Below, in pieces: positions 1 to 8,694 of a stretch of 64,000 nucleotides of DNA. The stretch lies in IMG/VR virus record IMGVR_UViG_3300045988_066341. One strand, given 5' to 3'. A program made the position numbers and the translations under genes. The notes under the pieces were generated by a model. It was given only the letters and a program-made list of their open reading frames with translations, was not told the origin of the DNA and did not search any database. This DNA comes from a virus. Numbering within the stretch: the stretch's first letter is position 1; each line of letters begins with the position of its first letter.

Positions 1-1707
1 TACGGCGTCACTAAAATCCTTATTTATGATCCTACCATCACTCTCGTACGATGTGTCTACACCAGATAATTGAGCGTTAAGAGCCATACTGCCACGAATA
101 GCACGGACAGCGGCGGTGGTCAAGGCGCCGGCATTGGCGTTGTAGGCCTCCACCATCCCCTTGTTCCGGGACATGTCTTGGCTCCATTCCTTTATACCCC
201 CAATAGTCTTTCCACCCATAATCGATCCGATAATCATACCGATACCGATCTCCTTCCATCCTTGGCTAGACCCGTACGTCTCCTTGAACCCATTCTTTAT
301 AGCCTCCATATAGCCTATATTCTGCCGGATAGCCATAGGATTGTATCTTGATTCTACCCAATCCTTGGCGGACTTACTAGCCACTCCCTGAAGACCTTCC
401 TCATACAGACCCTCTGACACTGGGCGCTTGATGATATTGAACGTATTTCCGGCTACCTTCTGCCATTTCTTTGGTGTTATGGCTCTTAACGTACCGTTAT
501 CCATCCTCTCGGCACCTACGCCAAATATATTGCGTTTTATGAACTTATCCACACCAAGATCCATGCCGAACATATCGCCGAACATAGCTATATTGGATAA
601 TGACAATATGCCGACGTTGGCGGCAAATACGGCATTAGCGGCATTGGCATTGTCAGCTCTGAACTTCATAAGCTCCTCATATGGGACTTCCCTTCCATAA
701 GCGTTACGGTAAGACTGCCTGAAATTCTCCTCAGCCTCCATCAGCATGCTTCTGGCCTCGACAGACGCCTCCCACGAGGTAGATGTGCCAAGGAAAGCGA
801 GGGTGTCCAGTCCCTTGCCTATCCTCCGTCCCGTACGGGCGGCCCTAAGGTAGACACCGAACGCTTTCTTGGTATCCGAAGCCGCTTTGCCTATCCTAGC
901 CAAAGCCACACCCGCCCTAGCTCCCGTACGAGCTAAGTTCATCAATCCAGCGCCGGAATATACGGCTGACGATAACATGGCTCCAGCGGTAAAAGCAAGA
1001 CCGGATAAAAAATCGTTAGACCAGAAATTAGCCGTAGTCATGCTTTGAAGGAAATTCATATCCCGCTCCTCACGATTGTAATAATGAGCAAGACCGTAAT
1101 CCATCTTCTTGTCCTGATCATCCAACCATCTCGTGAAATCGTTATCAAAAACAGCGTTAAAATTACCTCTGGATACACCGGCGTAAATACCATAAAAAGG
1201 CTGAATAACACCACCTAATCCATACAAAGCGGCTTTACCTACAAATTTCCCCAAACCTCTCATCCATTTCTCAGTCCTACCTTGACTCCTAGATAAACGT
1301 GTGTCGTTATCTACACCGGGGATATAAGACTCGTATTTAGGTATCCAAGTACCGCTACTAAGTCGATACCTTGAATCCTCCAACGATATCTCCGGACCAG
1401 TAAGATTAAACCTGCCCTTATAGCTTTGATCAGAAGCCATATATCCTAATGGGGACATATGTTTCATATCATCATAATAATTTGTCTTAACAGTATTCTT
1501 GATCCTCTCCGACAATGACGGTATCTGGGACTTTGATCTCTCGGAAGCGGAATACGGATCCAATACCGGAGGCAGGTCACGATCCGGTATATCATAGGGA
1601 TCCGTACCAATAGCCTTTATATTATCTACGTTTATGGTAGGATATCTGTACTTCTCGGCAAGATCCTTTCCGTTAGAGGTATTATTATAGATTTCCATTG
1701 TTTCCAT
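1..1707 (-). CDS. large virion-associated protein, partial (C-terminus runs off the window edge)
   Basis: My own minus-strand translation from ATG 1707 (or 1698) stays open to nt 1 (METMEIYNNTSNGKDLAEKYRYPTINVDN...). It is absent from the ORF track because it has no stop inside the window. It has Gly/Ala-rich hydrophobic stretches and follows two other very large genes in the same operon. Confidence 0.6.
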   Translation of the reverse strand, partial: METMEIYNNTSNGKDLAEKYRYPTINVDNIKAIGTDPYDIPDRDLPPVLDPYSASERSKSQIPSLSERIKNTVKTNYYDDMKHMSPLGYMASDQSYKGRFNLTGPEISLEDSRYRLSSGTWIPKYESYIPGVDNDTRLSRSQGRTEKWMRGLGKFVGKAALYGLGGVIQPFYGIYAGVSRGNFNAVFDNDFTRWLDDQDKKMDYGLAHYYNREERDMNFLQSMTTANFWSNDFLSGLAFTAGAMLSSAVYSGAGLMNLARTGARAGVALARIGKAASDTKKAFGVYLRAARTGRRIGKGLDTLAFLGTSTSWEASVEARSMLMEAEENFRQSYRNAYGREVPYEELMKFRADNANAANAVFAANVGILSLSNIAMFGDMFGMDLGVDKFIKRNIFGVGAERMDNGTLRAITPKKWQKVAGNTFNIIKRPVSEGLYEEGLQGVASKSAKDWVESRYNPMAIRQNIGYMEAIKNGFKETYGSSQGWKEIGIGMIIGSIMGGKTIGGIKEWSQDMSRNKGMVEAYNANAGALTTAAVRAIRGSMALNAQLSGVDTSYESDGRIINKDFSDAV

Positions 1708-4681
1708 TATTTCCACTATTTCCGTTATTCCTGTTTCTTATCTCCTGATCAATCATATCAGCTATGGGCGAGATGAAGCTCTCGAAATCATCAGTAGTAG
1801 ATCTTCCCTCGCTCCTCCAATACACCTCATTCTCCTTGCTAAGTATCTGTTGCCATGCCATGACCAAATAATACTGCGGGCAGAAGTCGATCTTCCTTGC
1901 TACCTCATCAGCATAGTTAACGCCATCCAGATCAATTGAATACAACGGGGTATTACCCTCTCTAGCCCCTCCTTTGCTATATATATCAACATTTATCCCA
2001 GAAGAACCATTATTATACTTATATCCGGAAGCCCTTAACTCGTACATAGAAGCGTTATCGAACAACACGTCAGTAGCGATCATCATCTGATTCTTCCTGA
2101 TATTCCCGTCATTTATATTCGTAAACATATCTATATAAGGCATTACCGTGTCCTTGGCCCCGCTAGCGTAAGCGAATGGAGCTACCAACAATGACTTAGC
2201 CATCTTCCCATAAGCGTTGTTGCTTGAGCTGGCGAAAGATATGGGTACGACACCGGAATCATAGGTCTCGGACGGGATGCTTACATCCTCTTTGTAGAAA
2301 GTAAGTCCATTCGCAGCCAGATCAGCCTCGCTTACCTCAACAACAGATCGACCATCACCTCCATTATTGCCAATGATCTGATAATTACCATCACCTATAG
2401 GGGATATGGTAAACGTTATCTTCGTATTGGCATTATCCTTATCCTTAGGAATAAAACCGCCACCACGGGTAAATAGGTCACTAACCTTTATATAATCTTT
2501 CTCTTCTTGACTTTTAGACGGATAATCACCGGAGAAGATATACTCACGCTCGGCATACTCATGACGATATTGTCTCAGGTAATCCTCGCCAGCACGTTTA
2601 GCGTCATCAGCGATCCTACCTAAATCCCCACGACTCCATTTATGTCTTAATAAATCATTCCTCTCTTTATGAGCCTCATCATATATAGCGGTAGCGACAG
2701 CGATCGCCCTGTTATCCCCGGCAAACCTATCTCTTATTTCCTCAATGTGCTTATTCTTACTAGCCCCAGATACGGCAAGAGACATTATAGATTCAATATC
2801 ATCAAGCGAAAAAGACGTTCCCATTAAATCATTCACACGATCCAATAAGACACCTGATTGACCCGAATCCATTGATACATGAGGCATTTCTCCTTCAACA
2901 CCGTAATTAATAGTATTTATATTATCATTTAACAAAGAGCTGTAAGCGGACAACTTACTCCAATCATTTAATGTTATATCGTTTATACCATTTATATCAA
3001 AAACCTTATCGCCATTGTTATTAATATCTCCAAGATTGAATGTGCCGAATCCATAACTAATATCTATACCTGACCCACTGTCCGATCTAGCTTCTCTCTG
3101 AATTATAGTATCAATACCATCCAAAACAGCATTGCTCGCCTTATTGAATCCATCATTGATCTTATTATACTTCCCTCTTTGGGTATTTAATCCAAGAAGC
3201 TTCAAATAACTATCCTGACCATTGTAATCAAGCAACTCGTTCCTTGACCCTCCATTGGCCTTGAAATAAGCCATGATAACCTGATCGTTATCCATATCCT
3301 TGACCACGTTACTATTCTCAGGATCAGACGCCCATGCGTCGATCTTCCTTCTAGCGTCATCTGATAATGACTTAACGAAATTACCCATGCCGGTAGTCAC
3401 CGCCTTCTCGTTGGCTATGAACCCGTTCATGAACTCATCGCTTATGCTCACATCGTCAAGGTTTGCGCTCTTGGTAACCACGGTAGGCCCGGTCGTGTCA
3501 TCACCTCCGCCACCTCCATTCTCCGACTTACCCGATTTGCTGGCTCTCATCAACGCTGCTTTCTCCATGGCTAGATTATGCCTTTTTGTCTCATTAAACT
3601 TAGCTCTATCCATCATCTGCTGATTAGCCTTGAAATAATAATCATCAACACCCAACGTCTCGTATGAGTTATTATAAGACCATCTCAGCCCGACGCCACG
3701 AAGGAACTGCTGTCGTACCATGAACATGCCGGCTCGCTCCGGGCTGTAGTTGCTACCGATAACGCCCTCGGCCTCCTCCACGAAATCATTTCTCTGCTTG
3801 ATAATATCCGCCAGCTCCGACTCCAACTTAGCCCTCTTGGCCTTGTCATTGCCAACGCCCTTTAGCTTGGCTCGTATGGATTCTTCCTTGACACTGAAAT
3901 CATCAATATACCCTTTAAGGAAATCTGAGGTGCTTTGAACATTAAATAAGTCAGGATTCGTTCTAGCCATATATCTTCCCTCTAATTGCATCTGAGCCTT
4001 ACCGTTCTCAGATATAGAAGCCATGGCTATATCCCTGACCTGAGCGTAACTCATCTCATCTATATACATCTCACGCATCTCGCCCGTCCTGTTGCCATTG
4101 GCATCAGTCACCGGTACATTGACTTTCTTCCCCTTGTTAAGGGAGATGAAATTCTTCATCTTCTCATCAATCTCAGCGTGGTAATCCGTATAAGGGGTAT
4201 AATGTATAGGATTAAGACGTGTCCCTACCTGACCGTCATTCATCCAAGCCACGGCATCCGCAAAAGCCTCAGCCTCGTTTATAGGACTATACATCTTGGG
4301 ATTGTTCAGCTTCATATCCTCCATCTTCTCGCTAAAAGCCCGGATCTCCCTAGTACCGGAAATAGCATTCAACACACGGGTATCCAGAGCTTCTCCAAGA
4401 CGAGCCTGTATGCTTCTGGCTATACCGTCGGAAGCCAAATTAGATTTACGATACACGTTATTCACGTCCTGTATCAGCCCATTTAACCTATTCTGAAGAT
4501 ATTCCCTATCCTGAGGTTTTATAATGTCAGAATTGATAATATAATCAGCATACTCGTTTATAGCCTGCCGATTGGTATCTATCTTCTGCTGCATGTACCC
4601 CATCCCCTGCATCATGACATCCATGTTGTAGGGCGATACATACTTGCCGTAATTCCTTAATATACTATATTGTGAAGCCAT
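1685..4681 (-). CDS. large virion-associated (internal/ejection-type) protein, 998 aa, function unresolved
   Basis: Uninterrupted 998-aa ORF packed 3 nt from the upstream gene. It has a low-complexity N/G tail (NRNNGNSGNNGNNGNL). Placement after a lysozyme-domain virion protein suggests an ejected or internal protein. Confidence 0.6.
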   Translation of the reverse strand: MASQYSILRNYGKYVSPYNMDVMMQGMGYMQQKIDTNRQAINEYADYIINSDIIKPQDREYLQNRLNGLIQDVNNVYRKSNLASDGIARSIQARLGEALDTRVLNAISGTREIRAFSEKMEDMKLNNPKMYSPINEAEAFADAVAWMNDGQVGTRLNPIHYTPYTDYHAEIDEKMKNFISLNKGKKVNVPVTDANGNRTGEMREMYIDEMSYAQVRDIAMASISENGKAQMQLEGRYMARTNPDLFNVQSTSDFLKGYIDDFSVKEESIRAKLKGVGNDKAKRAKLESELADIIKQRNDFVEEAEGVIGSNYSPERAGMFMVRQQFLRGVGLRWSYNNSYETLGVDDYYFKANQQMMDRAKFNETKRHNLAMEKAALMRASKSGKSENGGGGGDDTTGPTVVTKSANLDDVSISDEFMNGFIANEKAVTTGMGNFVKSLSDDARRKIDAWASDPENSNVVKDMDNDQVIMAYFKANGGSRNELLDYNGQDSYLKLLGLNTQRGKYNKINDGFNKASNAVLDGIDTIIQREARSDSGSGIDISYGFGTFNLGDINNNGDKVFDINGINDITLNDWSKLSAYSSLLNDNINTINYGVEGEMPHVSMDSGQSGVLLDRVNDLMGTSFSLDDIESIMSLAVSGASKNKHIEEIRDRFAGDNRAIAVATAIYDEAHKERNDLLRHKWSRGDLGRIADDAKRAGEDYLRQYRHEYAEREYIFSGDYPSKSQEEKDYIKVSDLFTRGGGFIPKDKDNANTKITFTISPIGDGNYQIIGNNGGDGRSVVEVSEADLAANGLTFYKEDVSIPSETYDSGVVPISFASSSNNAYGKMAKSLLVAPFAYASGAKDTVMPYIDMFTNINDGNIRKNQMMIATDVLFDNASMYELRASGYKYNNGSSGINVDIYSKGGAREGNTPLYSIDLDGVNYADEVARKIDFCPQYYLVMAWQQILSKENEVYWRSEGRSTTDDFESFISPIADMIDQEIRNRNNGNSGNNGNNGNL

Positions 4682-4684
4682 CCT

Positions 4685-7285
4685 TTATCCTTTCTTGCCT
4701 TTAGTTACTTCCTGAGCAGGATATAATCTCCTATAACTCAATATATCTCCTTGAGGATCAGCGATTAATTGTCCATTGGGACCAATCTTTACATCCCCAA
4801 ATATAGACCTTAATGTATTCATGGTCGTAGCCGTATTCCACTTCTGCTGGATCTCGTCATTTACGCTATCGAAATACCTAGCCCAGTTCTCGTCATTTAT
4901 AGCCAATCCCTGCAATATCCGTTGCTGGTAAGCTTGACGTTGGGCTATATTCTTATCATACGTATCAGCCCAAGTACGGGCGTTTACATTATCAGCCCAA
5001 GCCCTTTGAGCCACGTTCCCTTGTTCTACCTCATTAATGTATCTACCTATATTGGAACTCATGATAGCCTGTAAGTTGGATGATAAAGCCCCTCTCTGGG
5101 AATCCGGGACATTACCCATCTGATCCAATTGTGATTGGAAAGCACGATTGGTCTCAACCATATACTGATCAGCCGATCTCAACACCGGATCCACGGTAGG
5201 AGCGTAATGCCTTTCCAGACCTTCCGTTGTCACGGCTCCCGGGGTCATCCTAAATACCTCGGGGAAGTCAAGACCGCCACCCACTATATTCCTGCCTCCA
5301 TTGCCGCTGTTCGACTTACCGGCATTTGTATTGGTCTTAGGGAGTGTATTGGGATCAATCAGCTCAGGCATATCCAGTTTAACATCAGGTTCCTCCACAT
5401 CACCTATATCCATAGGACCTGGAGCCACCTTATGAGGGTCAAGTATAAAATCAAGACCTTCCATTCCTTTCATGGATCTCAATGCCTGCATCTTAAGCAT
5501 ATCCTCGCCAAGTATCTTATTAACGACATCCTTGTTCTTGTCAGAGAATAGTTGGCTAAAATGGGTGATACCAGCATCGTTAAGAGCCTTATGCTGTTCC
5601 TCTGTAACAACGTCTAGACCGATCATAGGGCGAGATGTGGTAAACAAACCTAATTTATTGTCTCTCATCCTATCATGATATGCGGCTTTCTTGTCTTCCG
5701 GGTAATTACCTTGACTATCCTCACCGCCAAAGGAAACGAGCGTCGTGTAATCCCGAAGCGCCTCGGCGTTGGCGATGATCGGGTTCTCAGCCGTAGCCAA
5801 GCCCATCCAGCTACTTGTCTGACCGTAGATAGCGTCTTGCAACGCCCTAGCCCTAGTGCCCTCTGAAGCTCCCATATAAGCATCGTAAGCGACCGGATTG
5901 AATGTCTTATAATAATTCAACCTCTCATCCGTATTAATACCTCCATAAGAGCCATCAGTTCCTTGGCGCTGATAACCGAAATAGTTAGGATCATTGTTGA
6001 ACCTATTCTCGATCGGGCGGAAAGTTAATTTACGACCGAACAAAGACGTGCCTCCTATCTCCATCTTCTGGCGAATACCAGCCACTTTCTTAAGCAGCTC
6101 TTTCTTAGCCTCAGCTATATCCTCCTCCGTAAGACCGTATTCTTTCATGGATCTGGATATGATGTTATCTATCTCACCTCCCTTGGCGAAATACGTATCC
6201 TCATCCTTCTTCATCTTCAGGTCTTCCTGCTCCTTGTATATGATATTAGCGAAGTCCGTAAATCTTCCTTCTAAGCCATTAACGGTATCGTTGCTATCAT
6301 TTATAGCCTTAGATAATACGGAGGCGTTTAAACGCCTTGTATTCTCATCATCTATCTTATCGTTCTTCTTCAACTTCTCTAACGCCTTCTTCTGGTCATC
6401 GTAAGCCGATTTAAGACCGATCTTAGCCTTATACCTATCCATTAACGTAGCGTATGTGTCCTTAGGCGTGGCCTTAATCCCATACGTATCCCTAATGTAT
6501 TTGGCGAAGTCCGGCTCTATGGTGGTATCATCGGTAATAACCTTCGTACCCTGCTCCAAAGAAACGGGCGTTCCTCCATCGGCATGCTTCTGCCCCATGG
6601 CCTCCATCGGCGCCTCCCCGGGCTGCTCCACGTACTCGCCCTTCTCGACCTCTACGTTGGCTTGATCTTCCATCGACTTAGGTAACGGATATAGATACTC
6701 ACCGGTAAGGCTACCGCTATCGAATCTATTATTAGGCCCTAGATAAACACCACCTCCATCCTTATACCGCATCTGAGATTGCCGTCTCTGCCTAGCCTCT
6801 CGCTCTTGAGCTAACCTGATATTAGTACGAGTGCCTTGCTCTGACGCCATCCCTGAGAATACGTTCCTTACCAACCCTAAGACACCGCCGATGCCTGACA
6901 TTACAGTACCCACGACATTAGCTGTCTTAACCCCGGTGGATAAATCACCGTATCCCTCGCTTCTCATACGCCCTATACCACGACCCATCTGGGTAAACCT
7001 AGATCCTATATCATCAGCACCATAGTAAGGGATAGTGGTAAAATCAAAAACATCCGTACTACCAGACTTATCAACCTTCTTATTACTGTCAACCAAAGCG
7101 CTCAAATCACTTGTATCAATGGTATTAATATCAGGCTGCTGAATATCAAATCCTATCTGGGTAGACGAAACCAAAGGCTCCACTCCAATACCCTGAAGAC
7201 CAACAACATTACCGGGCATGATAGGGGTGACTTCCCCAGCCTCTTGATATTTAGGTATCTTCCTCTTGATTACATATTTGCCCAT
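4685..7285 (-). CDS. large virion-associated protein, 866 aa, function unresolved
   Basis: Long ORF with a TATCTTTG box 24 nt upstream of the ATG. I recognise no catalytic motif. Confidence 0.6.
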   Translation of the reverse strand: MGKYVIKRKIPKYQEAGEVTPIMPGNVVGLQGIGVEPLVSSTQIGFDIQQPDINTIDTSDLSALVDSNKKVDKSGSTDVFDFTTIPYYGADDIGSRFTQMGRGIGRMRSEGYGDLSTGVKTANVVGTVMSGIGGVLGLVRNVFSGMASEQGTRTNIRLAQEREARQRRQSQMRYKDGGGVYLGPNNRFDSGSLTGEYLYPLPKSMEDQANVEVEKGEYVEQPGEAPMEAMGQKHADGGTPVSLEQGTKVITDDTTIEPDFAKYIRDTYGIKATPKDTYATLMDRYKAKIGLKSAYDDQKKALEKLKKNDKIDDENTRRLNASVLSKAINDSNDTVNGLEGRFTDFANIIYKEQEDLKMKKDEDTYFAKGGEIDNIISRSMKEYGLTEEDIAEAKKELLKKVAGIRQKMEIGGTSLFGRKLTFRPIENRFNNDPNYFGYQRQGTDGSYGGINTDERLNYYKTFNPVAYDAYMGASEGTRARALQDAIYGQTSSWMGLATAENPIIANAEALRDYTTLVSFGGEDSQGNYPEDKKAAYHDRMRDNKLGLFTTSRPMIGLDVVTEEQHKALNDAGITHFSQLFSDKNKDVVNKILGEDMLKMQALRSMKGMEGLDFILDPHKVAPGPMDIGDVEEPDVKLDMPELIDPNTLPKTNTNAGKSNSGNGGRNIVGGGLDFPEVFRMTPGAVTTEGLERHYAPTVDPVLRSADQYMVETNRAFQSQLDQMGNVPDSQRGALSSNLQAIMSSNIGRYINEVEQGNVAQRAWADNVNARTWADTYDKNIAQRQAYQQRILQGLAINDENWARYFDSVNDEIQQKWNTATTMNTLRSIFGDVKIGPNGQLIADPQGDILSYRRLYPAQEVTKGKKG

Positions 7286-7308
7286 ATCAAATTAATTTCG
7301 TTCTGACA

Positions 7309-7316
7309 CAAAGATA
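7309..7316 (-). promoter_or_regulatory. Bacteroidota-type -7 promoter box (TATCTTTG)
   Basis: The minus strand reads TATCTTTG (TAnnTTTG), 24 nt upstream of ATG 7285 and just downstream of the 7321..7361 terminator. Confidence 0.5.
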
Positions 7317-7320
7317 ATCT

Positions 7321-7361
7321 AAAAAAACGGAGACTCACCATTTATATAACGATGAGTCTCT
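7321..7361 (-). terminator. rho-independent terminator after KilA-N gene 1
   Basis: Stem GAGACTCA/TGAGTCTC (8 bp plus G.U) is followed on the minus strand by T7 (plus-strand A-run 7321..7327). It lies 7 nt after stop 7368. Confidence 0.6.
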
Positions 7362-7367
7362 TTAATA

Positions 7368-8120
7368 CTAATATTTTAAAGCCGCAACAGGATTACCCCA
7401 TTTCTTCTTCCATTCATGCCCAAGATAGTCTATAAGCTTATCATAAGTATCTATAAAGCCTCCATCTATAATGCCGGTAATAACATTCTCTACAGCTACT
7501 ATGTCGTTTAACTGATTCTTTGTGGCCGTATTCCTTATCCCACTCTCATGCTTGTTAAAGACGATAAAATTAATAGCCTTAGCTACCCTTGATATCTTAT
7601 CAGACAACTGACTCTTGTCGCTAACCAACCTGGCGACGGCCGAACTCATCTTGATATAAGCCTCGCCAGCGGCATTCCTGTCCTCTATGAATCCATCATG
7701 CAACCATATTATCACCTTGGCGTATATCTCTGGATCCAATTCCAATGCTACCATAACAAAAAAATACGGATTTACATACCATTTCTGACCCTCCCCCTTT
7801 CCTCTTCGGTAAGCCATTCCGTATTTTTTGAGATCGGTTATCTTATTGATTTTCAATTCATGGTTTTGTACCGTAAGATTTCTTACAGTACATATATCAT
7901 TAATACTCAGCTCCCTAACAAGAGCTTTCATCTTTTCCTGAAATCCATTAGTAGCAAACAAATGATCAAGCCTTCTAGACTCCAACCCCATAGATTTACG
8001 TTTTTCATTCAAGGCTTCCATAACTTCCGTTATGCATACAAACCCGTCCTTGGACATAACAGAAATGTTCCTACCTAATAATTCCCTACTCTCTGATGAT
8101 AAAATCAAATTACTTTTCAT
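7368..8120 (-). CDS. KilA-N domain DNA-binding protein (moron-like), paralog of 32740..33423
   Basis: Shares ...KWYVNPYFFVMVALELDPEIYAKVIIWLHDGFIEDRNAAGEAYIKMSSAVARLV with ...IWMHPLLFIKFAMWINPRFEVQVLKFVHDQLIDYRDKAGDAYRRMSSALSKIV in the paralog. The W-x-H/N-P...W...P-x-F pattern is typical of KilA-N. It has its own promoter box and terminator. Confidence 0.6.
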   Translation of the reverse strand: MKSNLILSSESRELLGRNISVMSKDGFVCITEVMEALNEKRKSMGLESRRLDHLFATNGFQEKMKALVRELSINDICTVRNLTVQNHELKINKITDLKKYGMAYRRGKGEGQKWYVNPYFFVMVALELDPEIYAKVIIWLHDGFIEDRNAAGEAYIKMSSAVARLVSDKSQLSDKISRVAKAINFIVFNKHESGIRNTATKNQLNDIVAVENVITGIIDGGFIDTYDKLIDYLGHEWKKKWGNPVAALKY

Positions 8121-8149
8121 ACCTTTACTAAAAGTTTTAAATTAATAAA

Positions 8150-8192
8150 TGCGCCTATCCGCTCGTGATGAGTAGGTAGGCGCACAAATATA
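8150..8192 (-). promoter_or_regulatory. TATATTTG -7 box abutting a 35-nt interrupted inverted repeat, upstream of KilA-N gene 1
   Basis: The box lies at 8185..8192. The inverted repeat TGCGCCTA...TAGGCGCA (8150..8184) has an inner CTC/GAG stem. The same layout recurs at 33462..33502. Confidence 0.4.
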
Positions 8193-8282
8193 AGCAATAC
8201 TAATATTATTACAAAATATAATAGCCTATATTATAGATAATAAAATCTTGAAATTTTACATATCTCAAATAATTACAAGATG

Positions 8283-8684
8283 CTAGATCCTTTTTACAAA
8301 CAGTGATCCTATAGCTTTCACCAGATCGTAGAAGCCGGCACTACTGAACCCAACAGCTACCCCATACAGCAATGCCTCCCACCATTCACTCCCTATAAGC
8401 AATGGAGACACCTTTAGAAACCACGCTAATATACAAACCAGCATACCTATGACTACGGCGGATAGGACTTTAGCCCACTTATGGGTGTCAATATACGGCA
8501 CAACCTTGGCTAACTGCGTAGCTGACATCGTGACGAAAGCCATGATGCCGGTGAAGGTAGTTAAATCAATAGTGATAGCCCCTTCTGATGGGATTACCTC
8601 TTGCGCCATCAAAACGAACGGCGTCAATAACATAGCAAATAAAAACAACAATCTTTTCATATCTAAAACGTTTAATAATTTCAC
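8283..8684 (-). CDS. small integral membrane protein (holin-like?)
   Basis: Signal/TM-like start MKRLLFLFAMLLTPFVLMAQ (alternative start 8660) plus at least two further hydrophobic helices. Confidence 0.5.
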   Translation of the reverse strand: MKLLNVLDMKRLLFLFAMLLTPFVLMAQEVIPSEGAITIDLTTFTGIMAFVTMSATQLAKVVPYIDTHKWAKVLSAVVIGMLVCILAWFLKVSPLLIGSEWWEALLYGVAVGFSSAGFYDLVKAIGSLFVKRI

Positions 8685-8694
8685 AAATGTAGTA

